IMG/VR virus record: IMGVR_UViG_3300037502_003770
Coordinates: 248,695-312,694 of that record
Direction: 5' to 3' (one strand)
Length of the DNA: 64,000 bases
Shown here piece by piece: positions 1 through 8,937 of the stretch; position 1 is the first letter of the stretch, and every line of letters begins with the position of its first letter. The position numbers and the translations under genes are program-made. The notes under the pieces are model-generated. The model saw only the letters and a list, made by a program, of their open reading frames with translations. It was not told where the DNA came from and did not search any database.

Positions 1-2
1 TA

Positions 3-596
3 ATAAATTATATAGATACATCTGATAATAGATTTTTTGATAAGTCATTATTTTATAAAGAAAATGACGTTTTAAATGGAGAAGTTTATTTTTTTAATGA
101 AGATGATTATAGTTTTTCATTAGTTCAAGAACAATATTATTCAATAAAAAATAAAATACAAGATGATTTAATTAATGAAAATAAATATACAGCTTACACT
201 TATAATATAGTAAATAATAAAGTAGAAACTGAATTTGAATTTAAATATAAACCATTTTATCCAATAAATATTAGGAAGTTTTCAAATTATCTTGAAACAA
301 TTTATATATCAGGAATTAATAATACAATTATACCTGATTATAGTATTAAAAATGAAACATATTATCTATGGAGAGATTTATTGGATATTGGTTTTATTGA
401 ACAAGATGAAAATGATACTAACGGTGTAGATTACCCTTTTATAAATCAAAAACATTATTTATATAATAATATAAATATACAAGTACTACCTGATTTGTCA
501 GATAGAAATACAATAATTTTATTTAAAGATTTACTTAGTAATAAAACTATTACAAAAGAAATTAATGAACTTAACATAGGTAATTTTATATGTTAA
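3..596 (+). CDS. Virion structural protein, 5'-truncated by the window edge
   Basis: Frame is open from position 3 to the stop at 596; the track's 381 start is an internal TTG. Ends ...YLWRDLLDIGFIE...GVDYPFINQKHY, in a structural gene neighbourhood. Confidence 0.6.
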   Translation: MNYIDTSDNRFFDKSLFYKENDVLNGEVYFFNEDDYSFSLVQEQYYSIKNKIQDDLINENKYTAYTYNIVNNKVETEFEFKYKPFYPINIRKFSNYLETIYISGINNTIIPDYSIKNETYYLWRDLLDIGFIEQDENDTNGVDYPFINQKHYLYNNINIQVLPDLSDRNTIILFKDLLSNKTITKEINELNIGNFIC

Positions 597-1381
597 AATT
601 AAAAGATAAAAATAAAGTAATTAACTTTACATTAACTAAAAAAAATGAAAAAGTATCTTCTAAAGAAGATTATAATTCTTATATAAATAAAGTTTCAGAA
701 GAAAATATTATATTTCCAAAAGATGAAGAAATTACATTATTTTATCCTGAAGATAATTTTAATATTATACCATTTTATAAAACAAACAATAGTGATTTTT
801 TATCATTTAATACATACACTTCAATATTATATAATGAAAATGAATTAAAATATATTAATGATAATTTAAAGACTTCATATTATATTTTTTCAATATATGA
901 TAATTATGATAGTAATAACCAAAAATTATTAAATCAATTTAAAATTAATGCTGGTGAGAAAGGTACGTATAATATTGTTAATCAACTTATAACTCCTAGA
1001 TTAAAATATTTTAATAATCAAGGTTTAACTAAATCTTTTAATGTTTTACCTATACCAATAGATAAACTGAAAAATAACACTATTTATTTAAAAATAGTGT
1101 TTTTTAATTCAAAAAATGGTTTGTTTACTTATTTCAATAATAGTAGTCAAATTTTAACAACTGAGGAAAAAAATTATATAACAACAATAATTAATCCTAT
1201 AAATAAAACCTATACTTTTAATAGTAACACTATTGAAATTACCCAATCTTCTATTAAAGATAGTTTTATTTATGAAAATAATAAATTAAATACCAATAAG
1301 AATACTTTATCACCATTAAATGATTCTAATGATGATATTTCTTTTGGTATAGATAATATTTTAAAAAAATTCAAAATATGA
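590..1381 (+). CDS. Hypothetical protein, probably virion structural
   Basis: 263-aa ORF overlapping the previous stop; Asn/Thr-rich; structural context. Confidence 0.55.
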   Translation: MLKLKDKNKVINFTLTKKNEKVSSKEDYNSYINKVSEENIIFPKDEEITLFYPEDNFNIIPFYKTNNSDFLSFNTYTSILYNENELKYINDNLKTSYYIFSIYDNYDSNNQKLLNQFKINAGEKGTYNIVNQLITPRLKYFNNQGLTKSFNVLPIPIDKLKNNTIYLKIVFFNSKNGLFTYFNNSSQILTTEEKNYITTIINPINKTYTFNSNTIEITQSSIKDSFIYENNKLNTNKNTLSPLNDSNDDISFGIDNILKKFKI

Positions 1382-1554
1382 TAGAAGCATTAAGTCTATT
1401 TTTTTTATTTATGTCCATTGTTAAAGTTATAGGGACATTATACTATATAGTTTACTCATTTATAAAGAAAGAACCTATATTCTTTGAAAAAGAAGAAGAA
1501 AGGTTAATGAACTGGTTTAGTTTTGCTTATATTCTAACATATATATTTTTTTAA
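1378..1554 (+). CDS. Small two-TM membrane protein (58 aa, missed by the ORF track)
   Basis: ATGA overlap with the previous stop; hand translation MIEALSLFFLFMSIVKVIGTLYYIVYSFIKKEPIFFEKEEERLMNWFSFAYILTYIFF has two hydrophobic segments. Confidence 0.6.
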   Translation: MIEALSLFFLFMSIVKVIGTLYYIVYSFIKKEPIFFEKEEERLMNWFSFAYILTYIFF

Positions 1555-1557
1555 TGT

Positions 1558-2046
1558 ATGGATATAGTAATTATTTTAGAATATCTTGTTTATTATGAAT
1601 CTAGGTCTGGGATAAAACAAATGCAAATAAATTTTCGTTTATTTAATAAATATCTCTATGATTATAGATATAATCTTTTAATGATGGATTTTATTAAGGT
1701 ATATTATTCTTGTAATATAAATGAATGGTTTAGAAAGATTATATCTAGTGATGATGAATATTATCTTTTATTAAAAGATATATTAGAAAAAAATATAGAA
1801 GTATTTAATTATTTACCTTATATTACAATATTTAATAACGATAAATTAATATGTAAACTTTTTAAATATAATACAAACCCTTTCAAAGATTTAAAAAAAC
1901 GTTATATAGAACATTTTATAAATAAAAATTCATATTCAAAATTACAATTTTTAAGAAATAAAGAAAGAATTATAAAAATATATAATGAAGGCGATAAATC
2001 TATTAAAGATTATCTACCTGAAAATTTTAAATATATTTTAGATTAA
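1558..2046 (+). CDS. Hypothetical protein with a YxE-leader-like N-terminus
   Basis: 162-aa ORF starting MDIVIILEYLVYYE, which fits the array leader pattern. Confidence 0.55.
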   Translation: MDIVIILEYLVYYESRSGIKQMQINFRLFNKYLYDYRYNLLMMDFIKVYYSCNINEWFRKIISSDDEYYLLLKDILEKNIEVFNYLPYITIFNNDKLICKLFKYNTNPFKDLKKRYIEHFINKNSYSKLQFLRNKERIIKIYNEGDKSIKDYLPENFKYILD

Positions 2047-2048
2047 AA

Positions 2049-2058
2049 ACTATTTATA
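2049..2058 (+). promoter_or_regulatory. Putative phage promoter motif ACTATTTATA
   Basis: Motif ends 19 nt before the ATG at 2077 and recurs before many genes. Confidence 0.6.
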
Positions 2059-2076
2059 TTTATAAGTTAAATATAA

Positions 2077-3195
2077 ATGGAAATCTTAGATAGGGAAAAA
2101 TTATTTAGACAAATTAGAGTTGAATGTATAGCTACGGCTAGACCAGCAGTTAATAAAGATTTAACAGACGATGTTATATTAACTCAAATTGAAATAGCTA
2201 TGGAAGATTACATGGCTTATATACAAAACTGGTTAACATTACAACAATGGTCTTCTTTGTCTAATTTAGATATATCGCAAGCTGACTTAGTTAATGCTTT
2301 TACAACTAAAACATTAGATTTTGAAAAAGAATTCGCAGCAGCTTTTGGAAAACAAACTGGTATAGGTGTTATAGGTGATTGGGAATTAAAAAAGGATTTT
2401 GTAACAATATCCGCAAATACTCAAAGTTATTTAATACCAGCTAATAGAGAAATAAATCAAGTTTTATGGGAAACACCGCCACAATTGGCAGGAAATATTA
2501 TAGACCCATTTACACCTAATTCTTGGGCAGCAGCCCCTTATGGTTGGAATGTTGGGGGTGTACCAGCATCAGCTTTATTACCTGCATTTTCTTTAATGCT
2601 TACTTCGCAAGATAGGATGCAAAAGAAAAAACTTTTACAAAGTGAATTAACTTATAAAATAAGTCCTGGACCTAACGGTACGAAAAGATTATTTTTATAT
2701 CCGATGCCTGGCGGTAGAGATGAAATGACTGGACCTGGTTTTGCATCTTTGAAAAGATTTGAAGGTTCTCAAGTATGGTATTGGTATTATGATACTAATA
2801 CTTTGGGTAGAGATAAATGTTTAGAAGAAAATAATGATATTATAATATTACCAACAGATGTACCTTTTAGAATTTTAAAATGGGAAAGATTAAATTCACC
2901 TACACAAAATAAAGTTAGAAGATTAGCTGTATCTTATTGTAAAAAATATGTTGGTATGGTTATGGGTTTATATTCAGGTAAAATATCAGCACCTAATAAC
3001 GATGATTTACAATTAGATTATAATATGTTTATTGAACAATCAGAAAAAGAAAAGGAAAAAATATTTGAAGAACTTAAAGAAGAACTTAAAGAATTAGATT
3101 ATACTAATATAATAAAAAAGAAAGCTGAAATGGCTGACAGTTTAAATACTGTATTAAAATATTCACCACCTCAACAACCATTCTATTTCTTTTAA
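2077..3195 (+). CDS. Neck / head-tail adaptor protein (T4 gp13-like)
   Basis: 372 aa; RLFLYPMP core, helical C-terminal half and PPxxPFYFF terminus resemble gp13-type neck proteins; a gp14-like gene lies nearby. Confidence 0.55.
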   Translation: MEILDREKLFRQIRVECIATARPAVNKDLTDDVILTQIEIAMEDYMAYIQNWLTLQQWSSLSNLDISQADLVNAFTTKTLDFEKEFAAAFGKQTGIGVIGDWELKKDFVTISANTQSYLIPANREINQVLWETPPQLAGNIIDPFTPNSWAAAPYGWNVGGVPASALLPAFSLMLTSQDRMQKKKLLQSELTYKISPGPNGTKRLFLYPMPGGRDEMTGPGFASLKRFEGSQVWYWYYDTNTLGRDKCLEENNDIIILPTDVPFRILKWERLNSPTQNKVRRLAVSYCKKYVGMVMGLYSGKISAPNNDDLQLDYNMFIEQSEKEKEKIFEELKEELKELDYTNIIKKKAEMADSLNTVLKYSPPQQPFYFF

Positions 3196-3233
3196 AATAA
3201 AAAATCTACTTTTATTAAGTAGATTTTTTATTT
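3195..3233. terminator. Bidirectional intrinsic terminator
   Basis: Perfect 17-bp inverted repeat AAATAAAAAATCTACTT / AAGTAGATTTTTTATTT with a 5-nt loop, between convergent genes. Confidence 0.85.
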
Positions 3234-3598
3234 GGTTGCATTTGTTTAATACTTTCTTGAATTTTCTTTCTTAATTCATCATCTAAAACTTCTAATTTCT
3301 TATTATCCTCATCTATTTCTTTAGAACTTAATTTACCATTGTTAATAGCTGTTACATATTGAATATGTAGTTTCATTAAATCCATCTGAAATTTAAAAAA
3401 TTGTTCTAAACTCTTTTGAGCATTGTTTCTAACGGTTTCAAATTGTATAATATCCGAATCATCCACCATCTTATCAATAGCTCTCCTGTAGTCTCTCTGT
3501 GCGTTATCAATCAACATATCAAGATGTCTATTGATTTCATTAAACCTCTTTTTTAAAGATTCGTCATTAAATTCAATTTCACTCTTTCTTCTTTGCAT
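3215..3598 (-). CDS. Hypothetical coiled-coil protein
   Basis: 127-aa charged helical ORF. Confidence 0.6.
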   Translation of the reverse strand: MQRRKSEIEFNDESLKKRFNEINRHLDMLIDNAQRDYRRAIDKMVDDSDIIQFETVRNNAQKSLEQFFKFQMDLMKLHIQYVTAINNGKLSSKEIDEDNKKLEVLDDELRKKIQESIKQMQPNKKST

Positions 3599-3603
3599 TT
3601 TAT

Positions 3604-4134
3604 TTAAAATATTATTAAACCTAATAATAATAAAGTTAAAACATTAGTTGTACCTAATATTATTATTCTATTATTTCTAGTTTTTATTTTTTTATCTTTA
3701 TCTTCTATAAGTAGTAATTTTTCATTAATAATTTTATCTTTATTTTGTAAAGATTTATTCATATTAGATATTTCACTATTTTGAACAGTAATTATTTCAT
3801 GATAGTTTTCAATTATATCATCTTTTTCTTTTATAACCTCTTTATATTTAGCAATAATTTCCTTATTAACTTTAATAGATTCTTTAAGTTTACTAATTAT
3901 ACTATCTTTTTTTTCTAACCTTAATAATAAATATTCAGCATTTTTCTTATTAAATAAATTCTCATTTTTTAAAACAGCTAAATCTCTTATTTGTTTAGTA
4001 TTAAACAAAAATATAGTGTCCTTTAAAATAAAAGGTACTTTGCTTTCATATCTAATTTCAGGTTTAATGCTTTGAGATAAACATATAAATGGAATCAATA
4101 GAAGCGTTATTAAGATAATATATATTTTTTTCAT
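3604..4134 (-). CDS. Signal peptide + coiled coil + C-terminal TM protein (spanin-like candidate)
   Basis: MKKIYIILITLLLIPFICLS|Q signal, long heptad region, hydrophobic C-terminus IIILGTTNVLTLLLLGLIIF. Confidence 0.55.
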   Translation of the reverse strand: MKKIYIILITLLLIPFICLSQSIKPEIRYESKVPFILKDTIFLFNTKQIRDLAVLKNENLFNKKNAEYLLLRLEKKDSIISKLKESIKVNKEIIAKYKEVIKEKDDIIENYHEIITVQNSEISNMNKSLQNKDKIINEKLLLIEDKDKKIKTRNNRIIILGTTNVLTLLLLGLIIF

Positions 4135-4477
4135 TTTTTTCTTTTATATTATTATTGATTTTATTTTCTAATATTTTATCATTATAATTTAAAGTATCAA
4201 TATCTTTATTTATTAAAGAATCTTTATATTCTAAAAGAGATATTTTATTATTTAAATAAATAATGTTTTTATCTAAAGAATCTATTACGTTATTTAATGA
4301 ATCTATTTTATAAATATTTTTATCCGTAAAATTATCTTCTACAAATTGTTTATTATTACTAATAATAAAATATAAAACAAAGTATGATAAAACAACTAAT
4401 GAAATATATATTACATTTTTAGGTATTTTATTATATTTGTCCGATAGGGTTTGCATTATTTTCTTCATTCTCTTCAC
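4064..4477 (-). CDS. N-terminal TM + coiled-coil protein (i-spanin-like candidate)
   Basis: TM VIYISLVVLSYFVLYFII followed by IDSL/LDKN heptads; overlaps the downstream gene. Confidence 0.5.
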   Translation of the reverse strand: MKRMKKIMQTLSDKYNKIPKNVIYISLVVLSYFVLYFIISNNKQFVEDNFTDKNIYKIDSLNNVIDSLDKNIIYLNNKISLLEYKDSLINKDIDTLNYNDKILENKINNNIKEKNEKNIYYLNNASIDSIYMFISKH

Positions 4478-4829
4478 CGTTTAACCATAAATCATAATAA
4501 GTATATATTTTTTCTATAACTTCTAATGATTCGTCTGTTAATTTTAAATTATCAGTTGTTAAAGTACAACCATCCATAAAATTATACTTGAATAAAATTT
4601 TATTATTTGAATCAACTGGAACATAAGCTTCTATAAATTTATTATCTTCCGTTTCTTCATACTTTATAAATTTAATTCTAGTTGAAATAGCTTTTTTAAA
4701 TTTATCTTGTATATCTTGTTGTATATCTAAATCAGCAGAGCTAACTTCTTCTTTAAGAAGATTAGTCTTACTTTTAAAATTTCTCATCTTGCTAACTAAA
4801 TCTTTAGTTGATAAGTTTCTATCTTTCAT
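4431..4829 (-). CDS. Hypothetical protein, possibly head-internal
   Basis: 132 aa; LLKEE motif near the N-terminus; preceded by a minus-strand ACTATTTATA. Confidence 0.55.
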   Translation of the reverse strand: MKDRNLSTKDLVSKMRNFKSKTNLLKEEVSSADLDIQQDIQDKFKKAISTRIKFIKYEETEDNKFIEAYVPVDSNNKILFKYNFMDGCTLTTDNLKLTDESLEVIEKIYTYYDLWLNGEENEENNANPIGQI

Positions 4830-4843
4830 AATAAAATGTTTTA

Positions 4844-4870
4844 TATAAATAGTAATTGTGAACTATTTAA
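4844..4870. promoter_or_regulatory. Divergent pair of promoter motifs
   Basis: Minus-strand ACTATTTATA at 4844-4853 (15 nt before the 4829 start) and plus-strand ACTATTTAA at 4862-4870 (20 nt before the ATG at 4890). Confidence 0.6.
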
Positions 4871-4889
4871 TAATATATTACATAATATT

Positions 4890-5420
4890 ATGAATAATAA
4901 ACAGAAAAAAATAATATCAACACCTACAGACCCATATAGATATTATGGAAATGAAGATTTTGAACATGATTTAGGTTATATTCAAGAATATTATAGTAGA
5001 GATGTTAGTACAAAAATAATACTTTACCAAATAGATACTGTTAAAACAAAAGTTAATCAACTTTATGGTGAAGCTAAAGCATACGATAAAAAAATATTAC
5101 CACCAATAGAATTAACAGCTATGATTGAAATTGGTGATATAAATTCAAAAAATTTAACAAGTACTGGTATTGTAGATGAAACTTATGATAGTTTTAAATT
5201 CTCTGTGTTTATAAATGAACTTAATGAAAAAAATGTTTCTATAAAAAGAGGTGATTTTATATTATATAACGATGGTACAGTATCTAATTTCTTTGAAATA
5301 AATAAAGTATCAAATATATTATCAAAGAACACAATAGGAGGTTTAAAACCATATTTCTTCTCTTGTGAAGCTATACTTCAAACAAATAACGTATTACCTA
5401 AAGAATTAAAGATTGTTTAA
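4890..5420 (+). CDS. Neck / head-closure protein (T4 gp14-like)
   Basis: NQLYGEAKAYDKKILPPIEL and IKRGDFILY...FFEINKV patterns of gp14-type proteins. Start moved from 4836 to the ATG at 4890, downstream of the promoter motif. Confidence 0.55.
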   Translation: MNNKQKKIISTPTDPYRYYGNEDFEHDLGYIQEYYSRDVSTKIILYQIDTVKTKVNQLYGEAKAYDKKILPPIELTAMIEIGDINSKNLTSTGIVDETYDSFKFSVFINELNEKNVSIKRGDFILYNDGTVSNFFEINKVSNILSKNTIGGLKPYFFSCEAILQTNNVLPKELKIV

Positions 5421-5423
5421 TAA

Positions 5424-5666
5424 TTATAATAATCGATAATAAATAATTTTATAATTATTATTAGTATGTATTTTATTCTTACTATATAGAGTAACCCATT
5501 CATAATATATATCTTTTTTACTTCTATTTAAATCAGACTTTAAACAAAGACAAAAATCTACATGATTAAATATATTAGCAGGGTTGTCAGTACCATCCAT
5601 ATTATTATCAATAATATATAAACTTTCTCTATAATAAGTTGTATTTATTTGTATTTCTATTTTCAT
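5424..5666 (-). CDS. YxE-leader array member (80 aa)
   Basis: Leader MKIEIQINTTYYRE. Confidence 0.75.
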   Translation of the reverse strand: MKIEIQINTTYYRESLYIIDNNMDGTDNPANIFNHVDFCLCLKSDLNRSKKDIYYEWVTLYSKNKIHTNNNYKIIYYRLL

Positions 5667-5671
5667 ATTTT

Positions 5672-5857
5672 TTAGTAATAAGGTTTGTTTAATACATCTT
5701 CAAAACATACATGAGCTTCATTAATAAATGGAATGAAAATAGTAAATTGATAGTTTACAACATGTATACTTTTAATAATAACTAATGATTCGATACAACC
5801 ATTTAAAAATAAATATTCATAATAAAAATTATTATTAATTCTAATTAATATTTTCAT
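5672..5857 (-). CDS. YxE-leader array member (61 aa)
   Basis: Leader MKILIRINNNFYYE. Confidence 0.75.
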   Translation of the reverse strand: MKILIRINNNFYYEYLFLNGCIESLVIIKSIHVVNYQFTIFIPFINEAHVCFEDVLNKPYY

Positions 5858-5863
5858 AATTTT

Positions 5864-6064
5864 TTATTTACCATAATCACGATAGTATTTTACTATATTA
5901 TATTTACCAGGAAAAAAACAAAATTTATTTTCAAAATACTGATAAAATAACCAATCAATAAATTTAAGAAACCTACAATTATATCTTATATCAAAAGAAA
6001 ATTCTAAAACAGAATAAAGAAATTCACGATATATAATATGTGTTAAAGTAATATTTATATTCAT
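5864..6064 (-). CDS. YxE-leader array member (66 aa)
   Basis: Leader MNINITLTHIIYRE. Confidence 0.75.
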   Translation of the reverse strand: MNINITLTHIIYREFLYSVLEFSFDIRYNCRFLKFIDWLFYQYFENKFCFFPGKYNIVKYYRDYGK

Positions 6065-6070
6065 AATTTT

Positions 6071-6274
6071 TTATTCGTGATAAGAATAATAAGTATTAAC
6101 AACTATTCTATCTTTTAAGGTAGAATTTTTAAATAATAAAATACTATGATATTTGTTTGTTTTGTTATAAAAATGAATTTTTATATATGAACCAATAAAT
6201 GAATTTATAATATCGTTGTCAATATATATTTCTTTATATTCAAGAAAATAATCAATGTAAATAAATATTTCCAT
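6071..6274 (-). CDS. YxE-leader array member (67 aa)
   Basis: Leader MEIFIYIDYFLEYKE. Confidence 0.75.
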   Translation of the reverse strand: MEIFIYIDYFLEYKEIYIDNDIINSFIGSYIKIHFYNKTNKYHSILLFKNSTLKDRIVVNTYYSYHE

Positions 6275-6276
6275 AA

Positions 6277-6462
6277 TTAGAAACTATAATATTTATTACG
6301 ATTTTTACTAGGATATTTAATCATATAAGAATAAATTAAAGAAAATTCATTTAAAATTTTATTATCACTTTTTATTTCACATATAATATATGATATATTA
6401 GTATAATAATAACATTCAAAATATTTTACATGTATATTATATAAATCAATTAATATTCGCAT
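6277..6462 (-). CDS. YxE-leader array member (61 aa)
   Basis: Leader MRILIDLYNIHVKYFE. Confidence 0.7.
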   Translation of the reverse strand: MRILIDLYNIHVKYFECYYYTNISYIICEIKSDNKILNEFSLIYSYMIKYPSKNRNKYYSF

Positions 6463-6685
6463 AAATATTATAATATTTACTGTGGTAACGTAAAAATATA
6501 AAATAACTAAAATAATAGTTATCTGATAGTAAATCAGGGAATTCTAATTCATCTTTAATAAGAAAGAAATCATCTATAGTATTTATTTTTAATAAATTGA
6601 TAATTACTATAATTTGATTATCATTTCCATTAAATAAATTTTCAAAATAAGTTATAATATTTTCTATTTTAATTAATATTTCCAT
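6446..6685 (-). CDS. YxE-leader array member (79 aa)
   Basis: Leader MEILIKIENIITYFE. Confidence 0.75.
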   Translation of the reverse strand: MEILIKIENIITYFENLFNGNDNQIIVIINLLKINTIDDFFLIKDELEFPDLLSDNYYFSYFIFLRYHSKYYNIYANIN

Positions 6686-6688
6686 AGT

Positions 6689-6886
6689 TTAATAAAATTT
6701 ATACTGTTCATCATGTAAACTAAAATATATTTTATTATCGTTTTCCCAATTATATATTATATAGTTAATATAATATTCTTTTCTTAGACGAGTTAAAGGA
6801 TATAATATTAAATTAGAATTAAATAGAAATCCTGTATCAGAGTTCTCCCTATAATAAGAATTATACGTTTCTATTTCTATTTCCAT
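6689..6886 (-). CDS. YxE-leader array member (65 aa)
   Basis: Leader MEIEIETYNSYYRE; paralog of the adjacent gene. Confidence 0.8.
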   Translation of the reverse strand: MEIEIETYNSYYRENSDTGFLFNSNLILYPLTRLRKEYYINYIIYNWENDNKIYFSLHDEQYKFY

Positions 6887-7073
6887 AGTTTAATAGTATT
6901 TATATTCTTTATTATGAGTCGAAAAATATATCTTACCATCATTTCTCCAATTATTATATATGATATATTTCTTTAATATTAAAGATAATTTTAAAATAGA
7001 TTTAAATTTATATTCTTTGTCAGAGCTATATTCCTTATAATAAGAATTATACGTTTCTATTTCTATTTCCATA
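6850..7073. repeat. 38-bp direct repeat covering two array gene starts
   Basis: TATAATAAGAATTATACGTTTCTATTTCTATTTCCATA is identical at 6850-6887 and 7036-7073 (186-bp period). Confidence 0.9.
6890..7072 (-). CDS. YxE-leader array member (60 aa)
   Basis: Leader MEIEIETYNSYYKE. Confidence 0.8.
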   Translation of the reverse strand: MEIEIETYNSYYKEYSSDKEYKFKSILKLSLILKKYIIYNNWRNDGKIYFSTHNKEYKYY

Positions 7074-7847
7074 ATTACTAAAATACTGATATATTTCCAC
7101 TTTTGTTAAATAAGGACTTGTAATAAATGATTTTCCTTTAGTAAGGTCTTCATTTTCAAATACATCTTTTATATAAGAAAGATTATTTTTATCAAAAACT
7201 AAGACTTTATAAATCATATTATGTTTATCAGGTGTAGTTATTTTACCAACATTGCTTCCACGTCTAATAATAGAAAAATCGTATTCTAAAGAATCATAAT
7301 TTTTATCACGTTTATCAAATAATTTAAATAAATCACTTTTATTAGAAGTATTGCTTTTGTTTAATAAACCGTTCTTTGGTCTAATATAAATATTAAAACA
7401 ACAATGAAGTTTTCTACTATCAGAAAAATTTACTATTCCTAAATCAATACTTTCAACTAAATCAAAATCAAATAAAGTATTTGTATTATTTAATTGAGTG
7501 ATTGGTAAAATAAAACCTACTACATCAGATATTTTAACTGATTTTTTAAAAAAACTTCTAGCTAAATTATTTCTTTCACCAAAAGGAGGGTTTCCTATAA
7601 TTAATCTACCTTTTTGATAATCAATACCTAATTTAAGAAAATCAGCTTTTATAATAGAATCATCTTCAGGTTCAATATCGTAACCAATACAATCAGGTAT
7701 TAATTTTAGAAAAGAACCATTTCCAGCAGAAGGTTCTATTACTTGAGAAATTTCAATATTATGTAAATTACATATTTCATATATTTTATTTATACAAAAT
7801 TGAGCTGTTTCTTGAGGAGTATAGTACTTGTCGTTTTCTATTTTCAT
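7047..7847 (-). CDS. Amino (N6-A/N4-C) DNA methyltransferase
   Basis: DKYYTP, SAM-binding VIEPSAGNGSF and catalytic IGNPPF motifs. Confidence 0.85.
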   Translation of the reverse strand: MKIENDKYYTPQETAQFCINKIYEICNLHNIEISQVIEPSAGNGSFLKLIPDCIGYDIEPEDDSIIKADFLKLGIDYQKGRLIIGNPPFGERNNLARSFFKKSVKISDVVGFILPITQLNNTNTLFDFDLVESIDLGIVNFSDSRKLHCCFNIYIRPKNGLLNKSNTSNKSDLFKLFDKRDKNYDSLEYDFSIIRRGSNVGKITTPDKHNMIYKVLVFDKNNLSYIKDVFENEDLTKGKSFITSPYLTKVEIYQYFSNYGNRNRNV

Positions 7848-8053
7848 AATATTTGTGAATTAATGAATCTACTGTATTTTGCAATTTTGTTTATAATAAA
7901 ATTAATATTTCTATAAAATTTAATATTTGTTTCACTATGATATAATCTATTATATTGAATAAGCATTGTAAATGAAAATCTATAATTTTTAAAGATACTT
8001 AAATTATCTATTTCAAAATAAGTAAAGTTTTCAGTTTTAATACTTAAAATCAT
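7844..8053 (-). CDS. YxE-leader array member (69 aa)
   Basis: Leader MILSIKTENFTYFE. Confidence 0.75.
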   Translation of the reverse strand: MILSIKTENFTYFEIDNLSIFKNYRFSFTMLIQYNRLYHSETNIKFYRNINFIINKIAKYSRFINSQIL

Positions 8054-8304
8054 TTTATTTTATATGAACGAAGTGTTTTTAATATTTCATCATCTATTAA
8101 TTTAGTAGTTTCATATGATATGAGTTTTGACATGAAAGTTTCTATATTATTAGTTTCATAATAAAAAGTTTTAGAATCAATATGATTTATACTATTTTCT
8201 TCAATATAAACAGTATATTCTAAATCTAATTTTATTAAAGTAATACTAATTTCAAAAGAATTTTCTTTATAAGAAAAATTATTTGTTTTGATTAAAATTT
8301 TCAT
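8050..8304 (-). CDS. YxE-leader array member (84 aa)
   Basis: Leader MKILIKTNNFSYKE. Confidence 0.8.
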   Translation of the reverse strand: MKILIKTNNFSYKENSFEISITLIKLDLEYTVYIEENSINHIDSKTFYYETNNIETFMSKLISYETTKLIDDEILKTLRSYKIK

Positions 8305-8569
8305 TTGTTAACATATTTAAATTAAAATTTAAAGGTACTTCACTAATAAATGAAGGTACTTTTATATTTATTGTACATAGGTGAAAATGGCTTTCATAAT
8401 AAGTTGTTTTTTTAGAAAAACTAACAACATTATAGTAATAATTATTATCAAAATATAATCTTATTATTAAACTAGGTAAATGAATAAAAGCACCAATATC
8501 ATAATTAGAATTTTCATAATCAAAATTTTCTATATAAGAAAAATTATTTATTTTAATTTGTAATTTCAT
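8279..8569 (-). CDS. YxE-leader array member (96 aa)
   Basis: Leader MKLQIKINNFSYIE. Confidence 0.8.
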   Translation of the reverse strand: MKLQIKINNFSYIENFDYENSNYDIGAFIHLPSLIIRLYFDNNYYYNVVSFSKKTTYYESHFHLCTINIKVPSFISEVPLNFNLNMLTNENFNQNK

Positions 8570-8741
8570 GATTTAAATAATATTTATTTTTTCTATTATT
8601 ATGTAATAAAGTATCCTTTTCATAATATAATCTTATATAATCATATTCAGGTAAAAATATAATTCTACAATAAATGTAATAATATTTAAAATCATAATCT
8701 TCACTATATTCAAAATTTTCTAAAGTAATTAAAATCAACAT
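8553..8741 (-). CDS. YxE-leader array member (62 aa)
   Basis: Leader MLILITLENFEYSE. Confidence 0.75.
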   Translation of the reverse strand: MLILITLENFEYSEDYDFKYYYIYCRIIFLPEYDYIRLYYEKDTLLHNNRKNKYYLNHEITN

Positions 8742-8745
8742 AATT

Positions 8746-8937
8746 CTAAAGTTTATAATATTTTATATTTTGTAAATCAAATATTAGTTTAGATTTAAAA
8801 ATATTATAATAAGATTTATCATCAATAAAATTTAATAAATTTATAGTAAATTTTATAATTGTAGAACTACCATGTACTAGACGTTCACAATAAAATTTAT
8901 AATTATCAAACATTACTCTAATATTAATATTTTCCAT
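8746..8937 (-). CDS. YxE-leader array member, divergent
   Basis: The internal ATG at 8937 gives MENINIRVMFDNYKFYCE; the track start at 8973 lies deeper inside the ATP-grasp gene. Confidence 0.6.
   Translation of the reverse strand: MENINIRVMFDNYKFYCERLVHGSSTIIKFTINLLNFIDDKSYYNIFKSKLIFDLQNIKYYKL

Noticed and set aside
3066-3095. Short tandem repeat GAAGAACTTAAA in the neck gene
   Set aside because: It simply encodes the EELK-EELK-EL heptad; no separate function is evident.
7800-7847. The MTase N-terminus MKIENDKYYTPQE as another array leader
   Set aside because: There is no Y-x-E in register, and DKYYTP is the usual N-terminal motif of this MTase type.
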